DNA of 64,000 nucleotides, taken from assembly GCA_046331465.1 (NCBI GenBank), contig JAXLQV010000003.1:1344420-1408419 (forward strand), in the 5' to 3' direction. Positions 46,085 through 55,688 of the stretch are shown here, one piece after another; within the stretch, counting starts at the first letter, position 1; each line of letters starts with the position of its first letter. The notes under the pieces are model-generated. The model had not been told where the DNA came from. It worked only from the letters and a program-made list of their open reading frames with translations, and ran no database searches. The position numbers were made by a program, and so were the translations under genes. The DNA comes from Thermoanaerobaculia bacterium. GTDB taxonomy: Bacteria; Acidobacteriota; Thermoanaerobaculia; UBA5066.

Positions 46085-47263
46085 TCAGCGGGCCGGCGGC
46101 GGGGGAGGGGGCGGCGCCACGCCGGGGTTCGTCGTCTCGAAGCCGGGGTACGTCTGGATCGGAGCCCAGCCGGAGGCACCCGGGTGCCAGGCGAGCGTCG
46201 AAGGAGCCACCTGCCCGGTCGCGATCATCCCCTTCAGCGCCTCGTCGGTGTACGGACCGTACGTCTTCCCGTCGACGGTGAGCGACCAGCGCGGCGCGGC
46301 GGGGGCCGGCGGCGGCGGGGGCGCGGCCGCGCCCGGGGCAGGGGGCGGGGCGGGGGCGTAGGCCGGCGGCGCGGCCTGAGGCTGCATCATCGGCTGGAAG
46401 GCCTGGCCCATCACGCCGCCGATCGCCATCCCGGCGCCGAGGCCCGCTCCGGCGCCGGCGAGGCCGCCGGAGGGGTTCGCGGCGGCGATCTTGATCGCGT
46501 CGGCCGCCTGGAGCTGCGTGTACTGCCCCATCCGGTCGCCGAGGACGCCGAGCTTCGTCCGCTGGTCGATCGCCTGCTCGACCTCCTCGGGGAGGGAGAC
46601 GTTCTCGATGAAGAAGCGCGAGAGCTCGAGGCCGAAGCCGCCGAACTCGGGGGCGAGCTTCTGCTTGCCGAACGCGGAGAGCTCGTCGTACTTGGAGGCG
46701 ATGTCGAGTGCCGGGATCTTCGACTCGGCGATCGCGTCGGAGAGCTTCGAGAGGACGATCGACCGGAGCTGGCCGGTGATCTCGTCCGTCGTCGTCAGCC
46801 CCTGCGTCCCGACGATCGTGTTGAAGAAGACCTTCGGGTCGGCGATCTTCATCGCGTAGGTCCCGAAGGCGCGGATCCGGATCATCCCGAAGTCGGCGTC
46901 CCGCATCATGACGGGGTTCGTCGTCCCCCACTTCAGGTCGGTGTAGAGGCGGGTGTTGAAGAAGTAGACCTCCGCCTTGAACGGGGACTGGAAGCCGTAC
47001 TTCCAGCCGCGGAGCGTCGTCAGGATCGGGACGTTCTGCGTCGTGATCTCGTAGCGGCCCGGCCCGAAGAGGTCCGCCGCCTTCCCCTCGTTGATGAAGA
47101 GGGCAGCCTGGTTCTCGCGCACCGTCAGCTGCGCGCCCATCTTGATCTCCTGGTTGTAGACCGGGAACCGGTAGACGAGCGAGTCGTCCGACTCGTCCAG
47201 CCACTGGATGATCTCGATGAACTGCGAGCCGATCTGCTGCTTGATGTTGTCGAGAAGGCCCAT
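46085..47263 (-). CDS. SPFH/band-7 (flotillin/YdjI-like) domain protein with Pro/Ala-rich linker and C-terminal DUF4339 (GYF-like) domain
   Basis: 392 aa; SPFH core along N-terminal 280 aa; C-terminal WSLTVDGKTYGPYTDEALKGMIATGQVAPSTLAWHPGASGWAPI matches DUF4339 pattern. Confidence 0.8.
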   Translation of the reverse strand: MGLLDNIKQQIGSQFIEIIQWLDESDDSLVYRFPVYNQEIKMGAQLTVRENQAALFINEGKAADLFGPGRYEITTQNVPILTTLRGWKYGFQSPFKAEVYFFNTRLYTDLKWGTTNPVMMRDADFGMIRIRAFGTYAMKIADPKVFFNTIVGTQGLTTTDEITGQLRSIVLSKLSDAIAESKIPALDIASKYDELSAFGKQKLAPEFGGFGLELSRFFIENVSLPEEVEQAIDQRTKLGVLGDRMGQYTQLQAADAIKIAAANPSGGLAGAGAGLGAGMAIGGVMGQAFQPMMQPQAAPPAYAPAPPPAPGAAAPPPPPAPAAPRWSLTVDGKTYGPYTDEALKGMIATGQVAPSTLAWHPGASGWAPIQTYPGFETTNPGVAPPPPPPPAR

Positions 47264-47301
47264 GGACTCCTCCTTACTGGGAAGGGAAACAGTCTATCGC
47301 C

Positions 47302-48570
47302 ATGATACGTAGGACCGGCGAGGGGGTTTGGAGAGTGAGCGACGTCACGGAGACGGACACGACGCCCGGAAGGGGCCCGGAGGACTACCGGGACTTCTGG
47401 CGCGGGACCCTGCTCTCGCCCTACCCGGCGGTGGCGATGCTCCTCGGCGCGGCGTTGACCTGGCTTCTGAACCGGGGCTTCCCCGGGTCCCGGGGGCTCG
47501 GGTTCGGGGCGTTCATCGGCCTCTGCTGCTACCTCCTCTGCGTCGTCGCGGAGCGGCTCCTGCACGAGCCGATCTCCCGCCTCCCGGCGGGCCGCGGAGG
47601 CCTCGTGCGCGGGGTCGTCTTCTGTCTCGCCGGGGTGTCGGGGTTCGTCTTCGGCCAGTCGATCGGGCGCCCGCTCTTCCTCGGGCAGCCGCTGGCCCTT
47701 CCCGACCTGAGAGGGGGCCTCGGCGTCGCGCTCGGCGTCTCGGCGGCGCTCTCGGCCCTCGTCGGCCTCCCGATCAGCGCCTACGAGCTTCTCAAGCGCC
47801 GCCTCGCCGACTCGATCGCGCGACTGAAGGAAGCCGAGTACGCCGAGAAGGAGCTGGAGCTCGCGCGCGCGATCCAGCAGAGGCTCCTGCCGCCCGCGTC
47901 GATCGAGGGCCCCGGCTTCGCGGTCGCGGCCCGCTGCGTCCCGGCGCGGCACGTGGGGGGAGACTTCTACGACGTCCTCCACCTCGAGGAGGGGAAGCTC
48001 GGCCTCGCCGTGGCCGACGTCGCCGGGAAGGGGATGGGGGCGGCGCTGGTCATGGCGAGCGCGAAAGCCGTCGTCCCGCTCCTGGCGACCTCCGGGGACC
48101 CTGCCGCGACGCTCGAGGCCCTCGACGGGAAGCTGCGGAAGGAGCTCGGGAAACGGGAGTTCGTCGCCCTCGCCTTCGCCGTCTACGACCCGGCGAGCGG
48201 CGCGCTCCGCCTGGCGAACGCGGGCCTCCCGGACCCGTATCTCCTGAGGCCCGGCGTGCCGCCGCGATCACTCTCGTGCCCGGGGCCGAGGCTCCCGCTC
48301 GGCCTGAAGGCGGACGTCCGCCGGGAGACGCTCTCCGTGCGGCTCGAGCCGGGCGACCGGGTCGTCCTCTTCTCCGACGGCCTCCCGGAGGCGCCGCGGC
48401 CGGGAGGCGAGCCGCTCGGCTACGCCGCCCTCGAGTCGCTCCTCGACCTCCCCGGGGAGGTTCCCCCCGGGGAGGCGGTGGAGCAGCTCCTCAGGCGTGT
48501 CGCCGCGGCGGCGGGGGCGGGCCCTGAGGACGACGCGACGGTCCTCCTCCTGGAGCGCCGGCCGGCCTGA
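47302..48570 (+). CDS. Membrane-anchored PP2C-family Ser/Thr phosphatase (SpoIIE/RsbU-like)
   Basis: 422 aa; N-terminal TM helices; PP2C metal-binding motifs (GGDFYD, DVAGKG, DGL). Confidence 0.8.
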   Translation: MIRRTGEGVWRVSDVTETDTTPGRGPEDYRDFWRGTLLSPYPAVAMLLGAALTWLLNRGFPGSRGLGFGAFIGLCCYLLCVVAERLLHEPISRLPAGRGGLVRGVVFCLAGVSGFVFGQSIGRPLFLGQPLALPDLRGGLGVALGVSAALSALVGLPISAYELLKRRLADSIARLKEAEYAEKELELARAIQQRLLPPASIEGPGFAVAARCVPARHVGGDFYDVLHLEEGKLGLAVADVAGKGMGAALVMASAKAVVPLLATSGDPAATLEALDGKLRKELGKREFVALAFAVYDPASGALRLANAGLPDPYLLRPGVPPRSLSCPGPRLPLGLKADVRRETLSVRLEPGDRVVLFSDGLPEAPRPGGEPLGYAALESLLDLPGEVPPGEAVEQLLRRVAAAAGAGPEDDATVLLLERRPA

Positions 48571-49921
48571 CGGGAGGGCGCTGCGGGAGCGGGCCTCGCC
48601 GGGCGGCGCCCGCCGCCCGGGCCGCGTCGGCCGCGGCCTGGCGCCGGGCCTTCTCGTCGATGCGGGCCCTCATCTCGGCCTCGTGCTGCCCGCGGCGCTC
48701 GGCCTTCTCCTTCGCGCGGGCCCGTTCCTGAGCCTTGCGCGCGCGGATCTCGGCGATCCGCTCGGCGATCGGGACCTCGAGCCGCTCGGTGGCCCTCTTC
48801 GAGTAGTCGAAGCCGGGGAGCGTGACGCGCGGGAGGCGCCGGCCGACGGCGCGCTCGATGGCGCCGAGGTCCCCCTCCTCGTCGGGCGCGACGAACGTGA
48901 ACGCGTCGCCCGTCGCCTCGGCGCGGGCCGTCCGGCCGACCCGGTGGATGTAGTCGTCGGGGACGTGCGGGACGTCGAAGTTCACGACGTGCGAGAGCTC
49001 CTCGACGTCGATGCCGCGCGCGGCGATGTCGGTCGCGACGAGGACGCGGTACTTCCCGTTCTTGAAGCCGGCGAGCGCCTCGGTCCGCTGCGCCTGCGAG
49101 CGGTTCCCGTGGATCCGCTCGCACGCCACGGCGTGCTTCTTGAGGAAGTCGGCGAGCCGGTTCGCACGGTGCTTCGTCCGCGTGAAGGCGATGACGCTCT
49201 TGATCTCGCCCCTCGAGAGGAGCTCGAGGAGGAGCTGCGACTTCAGCTCCTGCGCGACCGGGTAGACGGCCTGCGTGATGCCGACGGCCGGCGCGGACTT
49301 CCGCTCGAGGTTGATCGTCGCCGGGGCGTGCAGGATGTCGCGCGAGAGCTCCGCGATCGGTCCCGGCATCGTGGCCGAGAAGAGGAGGTTCTGCCGCTTC
49401 GCCGGGATGTGCCGGAGGACCCTCTTGATGTCGGGGAGGAATCCCATGTCGAGCATCCGGTCGGCCTCGTCGATGACGAGGACCTCGAGCCTCTCGAGCT
49501 TCGCGTAGCCGAAGCGGAAGTGGTCGAGGAGGCGGCCGGGCGTCGCGACGATGATGTCGACGCCGGCGCGGAAGGCGTGCTCCTGGGGACCCATGCCGAC
49601 GCCCCCGAAGACGGCGGCGCTCGTGAGAGGCGTGTGGACGGCCAGCTCCCGGGTGTGCTCGTCGATCTGGGCCGCGAGCTCGCGGGTCGGCGTGATGACG
49701 AGGGCGCGCGTGACGCCCCGCGGCTTCGCGATGAGGCGGTTCAGGATCGGGAGGATGAAGGCGGCCGTCTTGCCGCTCCCCGTCATCGCGCAGGCGAGGA
49801 GGTCCTTGCCGGCGAGCGCGGGGGGAATGGCGTCGTTCTGGATCGGGGTGGGCCGGGTGAAGCCCAGCTCCTTGACGCCGCGGAGAAGATCGGGGTGGAG
49901 GCCGAAGGACGAGAAGGGCAT
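48491..49921 (-). CDS. DEAD-box ATP-dependent RNA helicase (RhlE-like) with Arg/Pro-rich C-terminal tail
   Basis: ATG 49919-49921 gives canonical N-terminus MPFSSFGLHPDLL; Q-motif, AMTGSGKT, DEAD, SAT, HRVGRTAR motifs. Confidence 0.9.
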   Translation of the reverse strand: MPFSSFGLHPDLLRGVKELGFTRPTPIQNDAIPPALAGKDLLACAMTGSGKTAAFILPILNRLIAKPRGVTRALVITPTRELAAQIDEHTRELAVHTPLTSAAVFGGVGMGPQEHAFRAGVDIIVATPGRLLDHFRFGYAKLERLEVLVIDEADRMLDMGFLPDIKRVLRHIPAKRQNLLFSATMPGPIAELSRDILHAPATINLERKSAPAVGITQAVYPVAQELKSQLLLELLSRGEIKSVIAFTRTKHRANRLADFLKKHAVACERIHGNRSQAQRTEALAGFKNGKYRVLVATDIAARGIDVEELSHVVNFDVPHVPDDYIHRVGRTARAEATGDAFTFVAPDEEGDLGAIERAVGRRLPRVTLPGFDYSKRATERLEVPIAERIAEIRARKAQERARAKEKAERRGQHEAEMRARIDEKARRQAAADAARAAGAARRGPLPQRPPVRPAGAPGGGPSRRPQGPPPPPRRHA

Positions 49922-50072
49922 TCCGTGTTCACTTTCCGGCGGCCCGAGGCCGCGCGAACTGCACAGCATGTCACGGCGCCCGAGGCAAGTAAAGGCCTGA
50001 CCCCGCGGCGGTTGACCCCTCGGTGGCGACGAGCCCGGAGCCGCGACGGCGCGGGCGGATTCCGTAGGGACG

Positions 50073-51464
50073 TCAGAGTCCGGCGGCCTTCAGGGCGCGG
50101 CCGTTCGCGCACCCGTTCGCATCCTTCTCCTGGCAGGCCTTCACGAAGAGGGCGAGGGCGCGTTTCGGGTCCTTCGCCACCCCCTCGCCGTCGCGGGTCA
50201 TCTCCCCGAGGCGGTTGCAGCTCCAGGCGTGCCCGCCGTCGCAGGCCCGCTCGAACCAGCGCGCCGCCTCCGCCGGGTCGGCCGGCACGCCCCTCCCCGC
50301 GAGGTGCGCGCTCCCGACCATCGCGCACGCCCACGCGCCCTTCGCCTCGCAGGCCCGGGTGAAGAGCGCGAGGGACCTCGGGAGGTCCTTCTCGACCCCG
50401 TCGCCCTCCTGGTACGCCTTCGCGAGCTCCTGGCAGTCGAGGTAGTCGCCGGCCGCGCAGTTGTACTCGCGCTCGGCGAGGCGGACCGGCGCGAACGACG
50501 AGGGCCGCCCTTCCGCGCGGAAGCGGGCGAGCCACGTCGCGCAGGGGCCCCCGGGGGCGAGCGCCGCGGCGAGGCTCTCGCCGGCCTTCACGAGTCCGGG
50601 CGAGGAGCTCTTGCTCCGCGCCGCGACGAGCACGCGGGCGAGCTCCTCCGGGCTCTGTCCCGCGTCGTTCCGGAGCGCCGGGTCGGCCCCCGAGGCGCAG
50701 AGCTCGAAGACCCCCTCCGTGCGGCCGGAACCCTCGGCGCCGCGCACGGCGGAGTGGAGCGACGTGTCCCCGTTGATCGGTATTGCGCCGTCGAGGCGCT
50801 TCATCGTCGTCACCTTCGCGTTCGGGTCGGCACCGGCGAGGAGGAGCGCCTCGAGGAGAACCCCCTGCCGGAAGTACGCGACGAAGTGGAGAGGCGTCTG
50901 CCCCTCGCCGTCCCGCAGCGCCGCCGTGCCGGGCTGCGCGAGGAAGAGGTGGAGGAGCGGAAGCCTCCGGGACTCGTCGCCGCCCTTGTTGAGGAGGGCG
51001 TGGACCGGTGTCCGGCCGCCGTCGTCGAGCGGGTCGAGACGGGCCCCGCGCGAAAGGAGCATCTCCGCGATCCGCACCTCGCTCCCGTCGGCCGCCTCGA
51101 GGCCGGCGACGGCGTGGAGCGGGGTCAGGCGGCTGTCGACACCGGCACGGTTCGGGTCCAGGCCGGCGGCGAGGAGGAGCTCGACGAGCTCGGGCTTCCC
51201 CGAGGAGACCGCCGCCGTCAGCATCGTCCCGATCTCCCGGAAGCGCCCCTTGCGCGGGTAGAACCGGTCGGCGGCGTTCGCGAGGGAGGGGTCCTCCGCA
51301 AGCATCCTCTTCACCTTCGGGAGGTCCCCTGCCTTTGCGGCGGCGATCGCCTCGTCCTCGACGGCGCGTCGCGCGGCCGCGGCCTTCTGCTTCGCGACCC
51401 AGCCGCAGCCCGCGAGGGACGTGACGAGGCCGAAGGCCAGGAGAACCCGTGTCGTCCTGCTCAT
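50073..51464 (-). CDS. Lipoprotein with ankyrin repeats (N-terminal half) and Sel1/SLR repeats (C-terminal half)
   Basis: 463 aa; lipobox LVTSLAGCG; ANK consensus (TPLH.A...G....LL..GAD) x4; Sel1-like repeats with paired Cys. Confidence 0.75.
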   Translation of the reverse strand: MSRTTRVLLAFGLVTSLAGCGWVAKQKAAAARRAVEDEAIAAAKAGDLPKVKRMLAEDPSLANAADRFYPRKGRFREIGTMLTAAVSSGKPELVELLLAAGLDPNRAGVDSRLTPLHAVAGLEAADGSEVRIAEMLLSRGARLDPLDDGGRTPVHALLNKGGDESRRLPLLHLFLAQPGTAALRDGEGQTPLHFVAYFRQGVLLEALLLAGADPNAKVTTMKRLDGAIPINGDTSLHSAVRGAEGSGRTEGVFELCASGADPALRNDAGQSPEELARVLVAARSKSSSPGLVKAGESLAAALAPGGPCATWLARFRAEGRPSSFAPVRLAEREYNCAAGDYLDCQELAKAYQEGDGVEKDLPRSLALFTRACEAKGAWACAMVGSAHLAGRGVPADPAEAARWFERACDGGHAWSCNRLGEMTRDGEGVAKDPKRALALFVKACQEKDANGCANGRALKAAGL

Positions 51465-51513
51465 GAAACCGACGGAGTCTAGGGAAAACCGGGCCGCGGC
51501 AGAAGCCCCGGCC

Positions 51514-52317
51514 TCAGGGCGAGGGGAGCTTCGCCGGGTCGCCGAGGAGGAGGGACGGGTCGACGCGGGCCCCGCGCCACTTGAGGCCGAAGTGGAGGTG
51601 CGGGCCGCTGACGCGGCCGGTCGCGCCGGAGAGGCCGAGGACGTCTCCCCGCGCGACCCGCTGGCCCGCCTTCACCCCGATCTTCGAGAGGTGCATGTAC
51701 ATCGACACGAGCCCTCCGCCGTGGTCGACGAAGACGCTCCTCCCGGCGAAGAAGTGGTCGCCGACGAGGACGACGAGCCCCTTCTCGGTCGCGAGGACGG
51801 GAGTTCCCGTCGCGGCCCTGTAGTCGGCGCCGCCGTGGGGGGAACGGGGCTCGCCGTTGAAGACGCGCCGCATCCCGAAGTTGCGGGGGGCGGGCGCCTT
51901 CGCGAGCGGCGGGGCGAACGGGAGCGAGAAGACCGGCTCCGTCCGGAGGGAGAAGACGGGCGCGATCTCCTTCCGCTCGCGCTCGACGCGGCGCAGGTCC
52001 TTCTCGGAGAGCTTCACCTTCCGCGGGTCGACCGTGACCTTCTCCTCCGCGTAGGGCGGGGGGAGGACGCGGAGCGTTGCCGACTCGCGAACGCCCTGAC
52101 GCTCGCGGTGGATCGCGAGCGTCCCGGCCTCGGTGCCCAGGTCGACCGGGTAGTAGCAGGCGCCGCCGAGCGGCTTCCACGTCTCGCGGGCGTCGCCGCA
52201 GAGCGTGATGCCGTCTCCCGGCCACCGGACGAGCCCTCCCGGCACGACGTCGACGACCCGTTCGGCGCCGAGCGCCGGGGCCGCGAGGGCAAGGGCGAGG
52301 AGGAGGGCGCGCTTCAC
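51514..52317 (-). CDS. M23 family metallopeptidase (LytM/lysostaphin-like)
   Basis: GTG 52315-52317 overlapping radical-SAM gene stop (GTGA); signal peptide; HGGADY...D and YMHLS...GPHLHFG zinc-ligand motifs. Confidence 0.8.
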   Translation of the reverse strand: MKRALLLALALAAPALGAERVVDVVPGGLVRWPGDGITLCGDARETWKPLGGACYYPVDLGTEAGTLAIHRERQGVRESATLRVLPPPYAEEKVTVDPRKVKLSEKDLRRVERERKEIAPVFSLRTEPVFSLPFAPPLAKAPAPRNFGMRRVFNGEPRSPHGGADYRAATGTPVLATEKGLVVLVGDHFFAGRSVFVDHGGGLVSMYMHLSKIGVKAGQRVARGDVLGLSGATGRVSGPHLHFGLKWRGARVDPSLLLGDPAKLPSP

Positions 52318-53942
52318 GACTTGGAGATGAACCCCCACGGCGAGGCCTGGCGGGCCGCGACGTCGAAGACGCCTCGCGCCGCGGCCGGGACGCGCGTCTC
52401 CGGGCGGGCGACGGCGAGAAGCGTCGCGCGGTGCTCCTTGACGAGCCGTCGGACGGGCGAACCCGCGGCCGCCTGAGCGAGGATCGGCCCCGACTCCAGC
52501 CCCATCTTGGCGAGGTAGGCCTCCCAGATCGCCTCGGTCACTGGCATCCCGCGGAACGTGACGTTCGGCATCCCCTTGAACGCCCCCTCGAGCTTCCTCA
52601 TCTTCCGTGCGAGCTCGTCGGGGTCGTCGAGGACCTCGGTCTCGAACGGCGTGTGCGGCTTCGGGATGAAGGCGTTCACGCTCGGGACGAGCGTCGCGAG
52701 CCGGCCGAGCTTCCGTCCCTCCTCGAGCATGACGAGCCGGAGGTCGTCGACCATCCTCACGAGGTCGTCGACGTCCTCCTCGGTCTCCCCCGGGAGGCCG
52801 ACCTGGAGGTAGAGCTTCAGGTTCGTGAAGCCGGCCCGCGCGACGAGCCGCACCTTCTCGCGGAGCATCGCGTCGGAGACCTTCTTGTTGATCGCCCGCC
52901 GGAGCCGCTCGTTGCCGGCCTCGGGGGCGATCGAGAGCGACTTCTCCCCCTGCCGGGCGAGGACGGCGAGGAGCTCCTCGGAGATCGCGTCGATCTTGAT
53001 CGACGAGAGGGCGATGTGGAACCCGAGCGAGGAGAGGCCGTCGAGGATCGGGAGGATCTCGGGATGGTCCGCGACCGCCGTCGCGATGAGGCCGACGCGC
53101 GAGGTGAGGGGGCGGCAGCGCTCCGCGACGGCGAGGATCGACGAGGCGGGGACGCGCACCTGCGGTGCCATGGCGTAGGCCGCCCAGCAGAAGCGGCACA
53201 TCTCCGAGCAGCCGCGCGCGATCTCGATGAGGAGCTTGTCGGAGAGCTCGGTGTGCGGCGTCAGGATCGTCGTGTGCGGGGGCTCCCGCGTCGCCCCCTC
53301 GGCCGCGCGGAGCTGGTCGACGACGACCTTCCCCTCGTCGGCCCCCTCCGCCTGCTCGCCGTGGACCGCAGGGACGTAGAGCCCCTTCAGCGCCGCGAGC
53401 CGCTCGAGCGCCGCCGCGCGCGGGAGCTCGGCGCGGAGGACGTCGGCGATCCCCGGCACGAGCTTCTCCCCGTCCCCCATCGCGAAGGCGTCGACGTACG
53501 GCGTCAGCGGGAGGGGGTTGATCCGGGCGCAGTCGCCCCCGACGAGGACGATCGGGTCGCCCTCGCCCCGCTCGCGTCGGTCGAGCGGGATGCGCGCCGC
53601 CGGGAGGATCCGGAGGAAGTGGACGTAGTCCATCTCCCACGAGATCGAGAAGGCGACGAGCGGGAAGGCCCCGAGCGGCGTCTCGCTCTCGAGCGTCCGC
53701 GGCCCGCGGCCCGCCAGGTCGGCCTCGTCGAAGAAGAAGCGCTCGCAGGAGACGTCGTCCTCGCGGTTCAGGAGGCGGAAGACCCACTGGAAGCCGAGGT
53801 TCGACATCCCGATCTCGTAGGAGTTCGGGAAGCCGAGGGCGACCCGTTGCCGGCCGGCGCGGCCGAAGCTCTCCGTCGCCCTCTCGGCGGCGAGGAGCTT
53901 CTGGCGCCTTTCGGCGGGGCGGGCGGGACGGCGGGGGTTCAT
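52314..53942 (-). CDS. B12-binding-domain radical SAM protein (TIGR03960-like)
   Basis: 542 aa; CSEMCRFC (CxxxCxxC) cluster motif; N-terminal B12-binding-like region. Confidence 0.8.
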   Translation of the reverse strand: MNPRRPARPAERRQKLLAAERATESFGRAGRQRVALGFPNSYEIGMSNLGFQWVFRLLNREDDVSCERFFFDEADLAGRGPRTLESETPLGAFPLVAFSISWEMDYVHFLRILPAARIPLDRRERGEGDPIVLVGGDCARINPLPLTPYVDAFAMGDGEKLVPGIADVLRAELPRAAALERLAALKGLYVPAVHGEQAEGADEGKVVVDQLRAAEGATREPPHTTILTPHTELSDKLLIEIARGCSEMCRFCWAAYAMAPQVRVPASSILAVAERCRPLTSRVGLIATAVADHPEILPILDGLSSLGFHIALSSIKIDAISEELLAVLARQGEKSLSIAPEAGNERLRRAINKKVSDAMLREKVRLVARAGFTNLKLYLQVGLPGETEEDVDDLVRMVDDLRLVMLEEGRKLGRLATLVPSVNAFIPKPHTPFETEVLDDPDELARKMRKLEGAFKGMPNVTFRGMPVTEAIWEAYLAKMGLESGPILAQAAAGSPVRRLVKEHRATLLAVARPETRVPAAARGVFDVAARQASPWGFISKS

Positions 53943-54121
53943 CGCGGCGGGGTCCTGCGAGGACGTCTCATGCTACCCCGCCCGGCGCCGCGGCGCCGGG
54001 CGACCCGGAACGCGGCTTTCCCGTGCGACCGGGCCGTCGGGAGCCGGGCCTTCCGGTACGATTCCACGGCGCGGAAACCTTCTTCGCGCGTTTGACGTTT
54101 CGGTGGGGTGAGAGGCACACG

Positions 54122-54562
54122 ATGTATTACGTCATCGGCGGCGATGGACAGCAGTACGGACCGATCGACGAGGCGACGCTGCGCGGGTGGCTCGGCGAGG
54201 GCCGGATCGCCGCGGCGAGCCTCTCCTTCAAGACGGGCGAGGCCCAGTGGATCCCCCTGCGCGACCGCCCCGAGCTCGCGGACGTCCTCGCGCTGCCGCC
54301 CGCGGCGCGCCCGCCGGCGGGTCCCCCGGCGGGGCCGGTGCCGGTGACGCCCGACACGCCGAAGGACTGGCTCGTCGCCCTCCTTCTCTCGATCTTCCTC
54401 GGGACGTTCGGCGTCGACCGCTTCTACCTCGGCCACATCGGGCTCGGCATCGGCAAGCTCCTCACGTTCGGCGGCTGCGGCATCTGGTGGCTCATCGACG
54501 TCATCCTGATCGCCGTCGGCAACGTCACCGACGCGAAGGGGCGCCCGCTCGTCAAGAACTGA
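54122..54562 (+). CDS. DUF4339 (GYF-like) + TM2 domain membrane protein
   Basis: ATG 54122; N-terminal YYVIGGDGQQYGPIDEATLRGWLGEGRI...AQWIPL (DUF4339 pattern); C-terminal TM2 motif GTFGVDRFYLGHIGLGIGKLLTFGGCGIWWLID. Confidence 0.7.
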   Translation: MYYVIGGDGQQYGPIDEATLRGWLGEGRIAAASLSFKTGEAQWIPLRDRPELADVLALPPAARPPAGPPAGPVPVTPDTPKDWLVALLLSIFLGTFGVDRFYLGHIGLGIGKLLTFGGCGIWWLIDVILIAVGNVTDAKGRPLVKN

Positions 54563-54584
54563 CGGGCGGCCGGCGGGGCGGCTC

Positions 54585-55616
54585 CTACCCGGCGGGCGGG
54601 GCGGCGATCCGCCCCGCGACGAACTCCACCGCGCGCTCCTCCGCCCAGTAGCGGACCCGGAACGGGCTCCTCCCGGCGATGAAGCCGGTGTGCCCGCCGT
54701 GCCGCGTCGCCACGAGGCGGACCGCGCCGGAGGCGTTCGCGGCGACGCGGTCGAGGACCGACGCGGGGAGGAACGGGTCGTCCTCGGCCGAGAGGCAGAG
54801 CGTCGGCGTCGCGATCCGGGCGACCCAGTTCACCGAGCTCGAGGAGTCGTAGTAGTGCTTCGCGCCGCGGAAGCCGTGGAGCGGCCCGGTGACGGCGTCG
54901 TCGAACTCGAAGAAGGTCCGCGCGGTCCGCAGCCGCGTCAGGTCGATCCGCGTCGCCGCCTCGGGGTGCCGCGCCAGGAGCTGGCGCGCCTTCTTCCGGA
55001 GCCCCCGGAGGAACGTCGCGGTGTAGACCGGCCCGAGCCCCTTCTCGAGGTTCCTCGCCCCCGCCTCGAGGTCGAACGGCACCGAGATCGTCGCGGCCGC
55101 GGCGAGGAGCCGTTGCCCGGGGTTCTCGCCGAGCCACTTCAGGAGGACGTTCCCGCCGAGCGAGATGCCGATCGCCGCGTGGAGGACGCCCGGCTCCGTC
55201 CCCGCGACCGTCCTGGCGACGTGGTCGAAGTCGCCCGTCTCGCCGGAGTGGTAGAGCCGCGCGCCGCGGTTCGGGATGTTCCGGTTGAGGGCCGGGAGCG
55301 CTCGGGCGCAGGAGCGGAAGTTGAGGGCGACGGCCCGGAGGCCGCGCTCCCGGAGGAGGGCGAGGAGGCCCTGCATGTAGACCGAGTGGGCGCTCCCCTC
55401 GAGGCCGTGGAGGAGGAAGACGCGCGGCGCGCCCGCGGGCCCGTCGAGGTGGTCGAGGACGAGCTCGTCGCCGTCGGGCGTCGGGAGGACCTCCCTCCGG
55501 AGCGGGACGAGGAGGCGCGGGCGGGTGAGGCGCCCCCAGAACGTCTGGACGTGCCGGTGCCCGAGGGCGGGGGCGGGCTCGAACGAAGGGATCGTCTCGT
55601 CGGGAGGGGTCGACAC
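54585..55616 (-). CDS. YheT-family alpha/beta hydrolase
   Basis: GTG 55614-55616 (ATG 55677-55679 would leave 9 bp to divergent neighbour); HRHVQTFW N-terminal YheT pattern; GISLGG nucleophile elbow; 343 aa. Confidence 0.7.
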   Translation of the reverse strand: MSTPPDETIPSFEPAPALGHRHVQTFWGRLTRPRLLVPLRREVLPTPDGDELVLDHLDGPAGAPRVFLLHGLEGSAHSVYMQGLLALLRERGLRAVALNFRSCARALPALNRNIPNRGARLYHSGETGDFDHVARTVAGTEPGVLHAAIGISLGGNVLLKWLGENPGQRLLAAAATISVPFDLEAGARNLEKGLGPVYTATFLRGLRKKARQLLARHPEAATRIDLTRLRTARTFFEFDDAVTGPLHGFRGAKHYYDSSSSVNWVARIATPTLCLSAEDDPFLPASVLDRVAANASGAVRLVATRHGGHTGFIAGRSPFRVRYWAEERAVEFVAGRIAAPPAG

Positions 55617-55688
55617 GGGAACCTCGGCCGGGCCCGAGTTTAGGCGACGCCGGGACGCCGCCGCCGGGGCGGCTAACATCCGGCCTCC

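Noticed and set aside
38638-47305. ORFs 38638..41994(-), 39339..41486(+), 42384..45998(-), 44966..47305(+), 46056..47204(-)
   Set aside because: Alternative-frame or antisense ORFs across the TonB-dependent receptor, S46 peptidase, zinc-ribbon and SPFH genes; low-complexity composition.
55677-55679. ATG at 55677-55679 as alternative start of the YheT-family hydrolase
   Set aside because: It would leave only 9 bp to the divergently transcribed aminotransferase start at 55689, and the extra 21 aa (MLAAPAAASRRRLNSGPAEVP) are not part of the conserved YheT N-terminus. GTG 55616 preferred but unverified.
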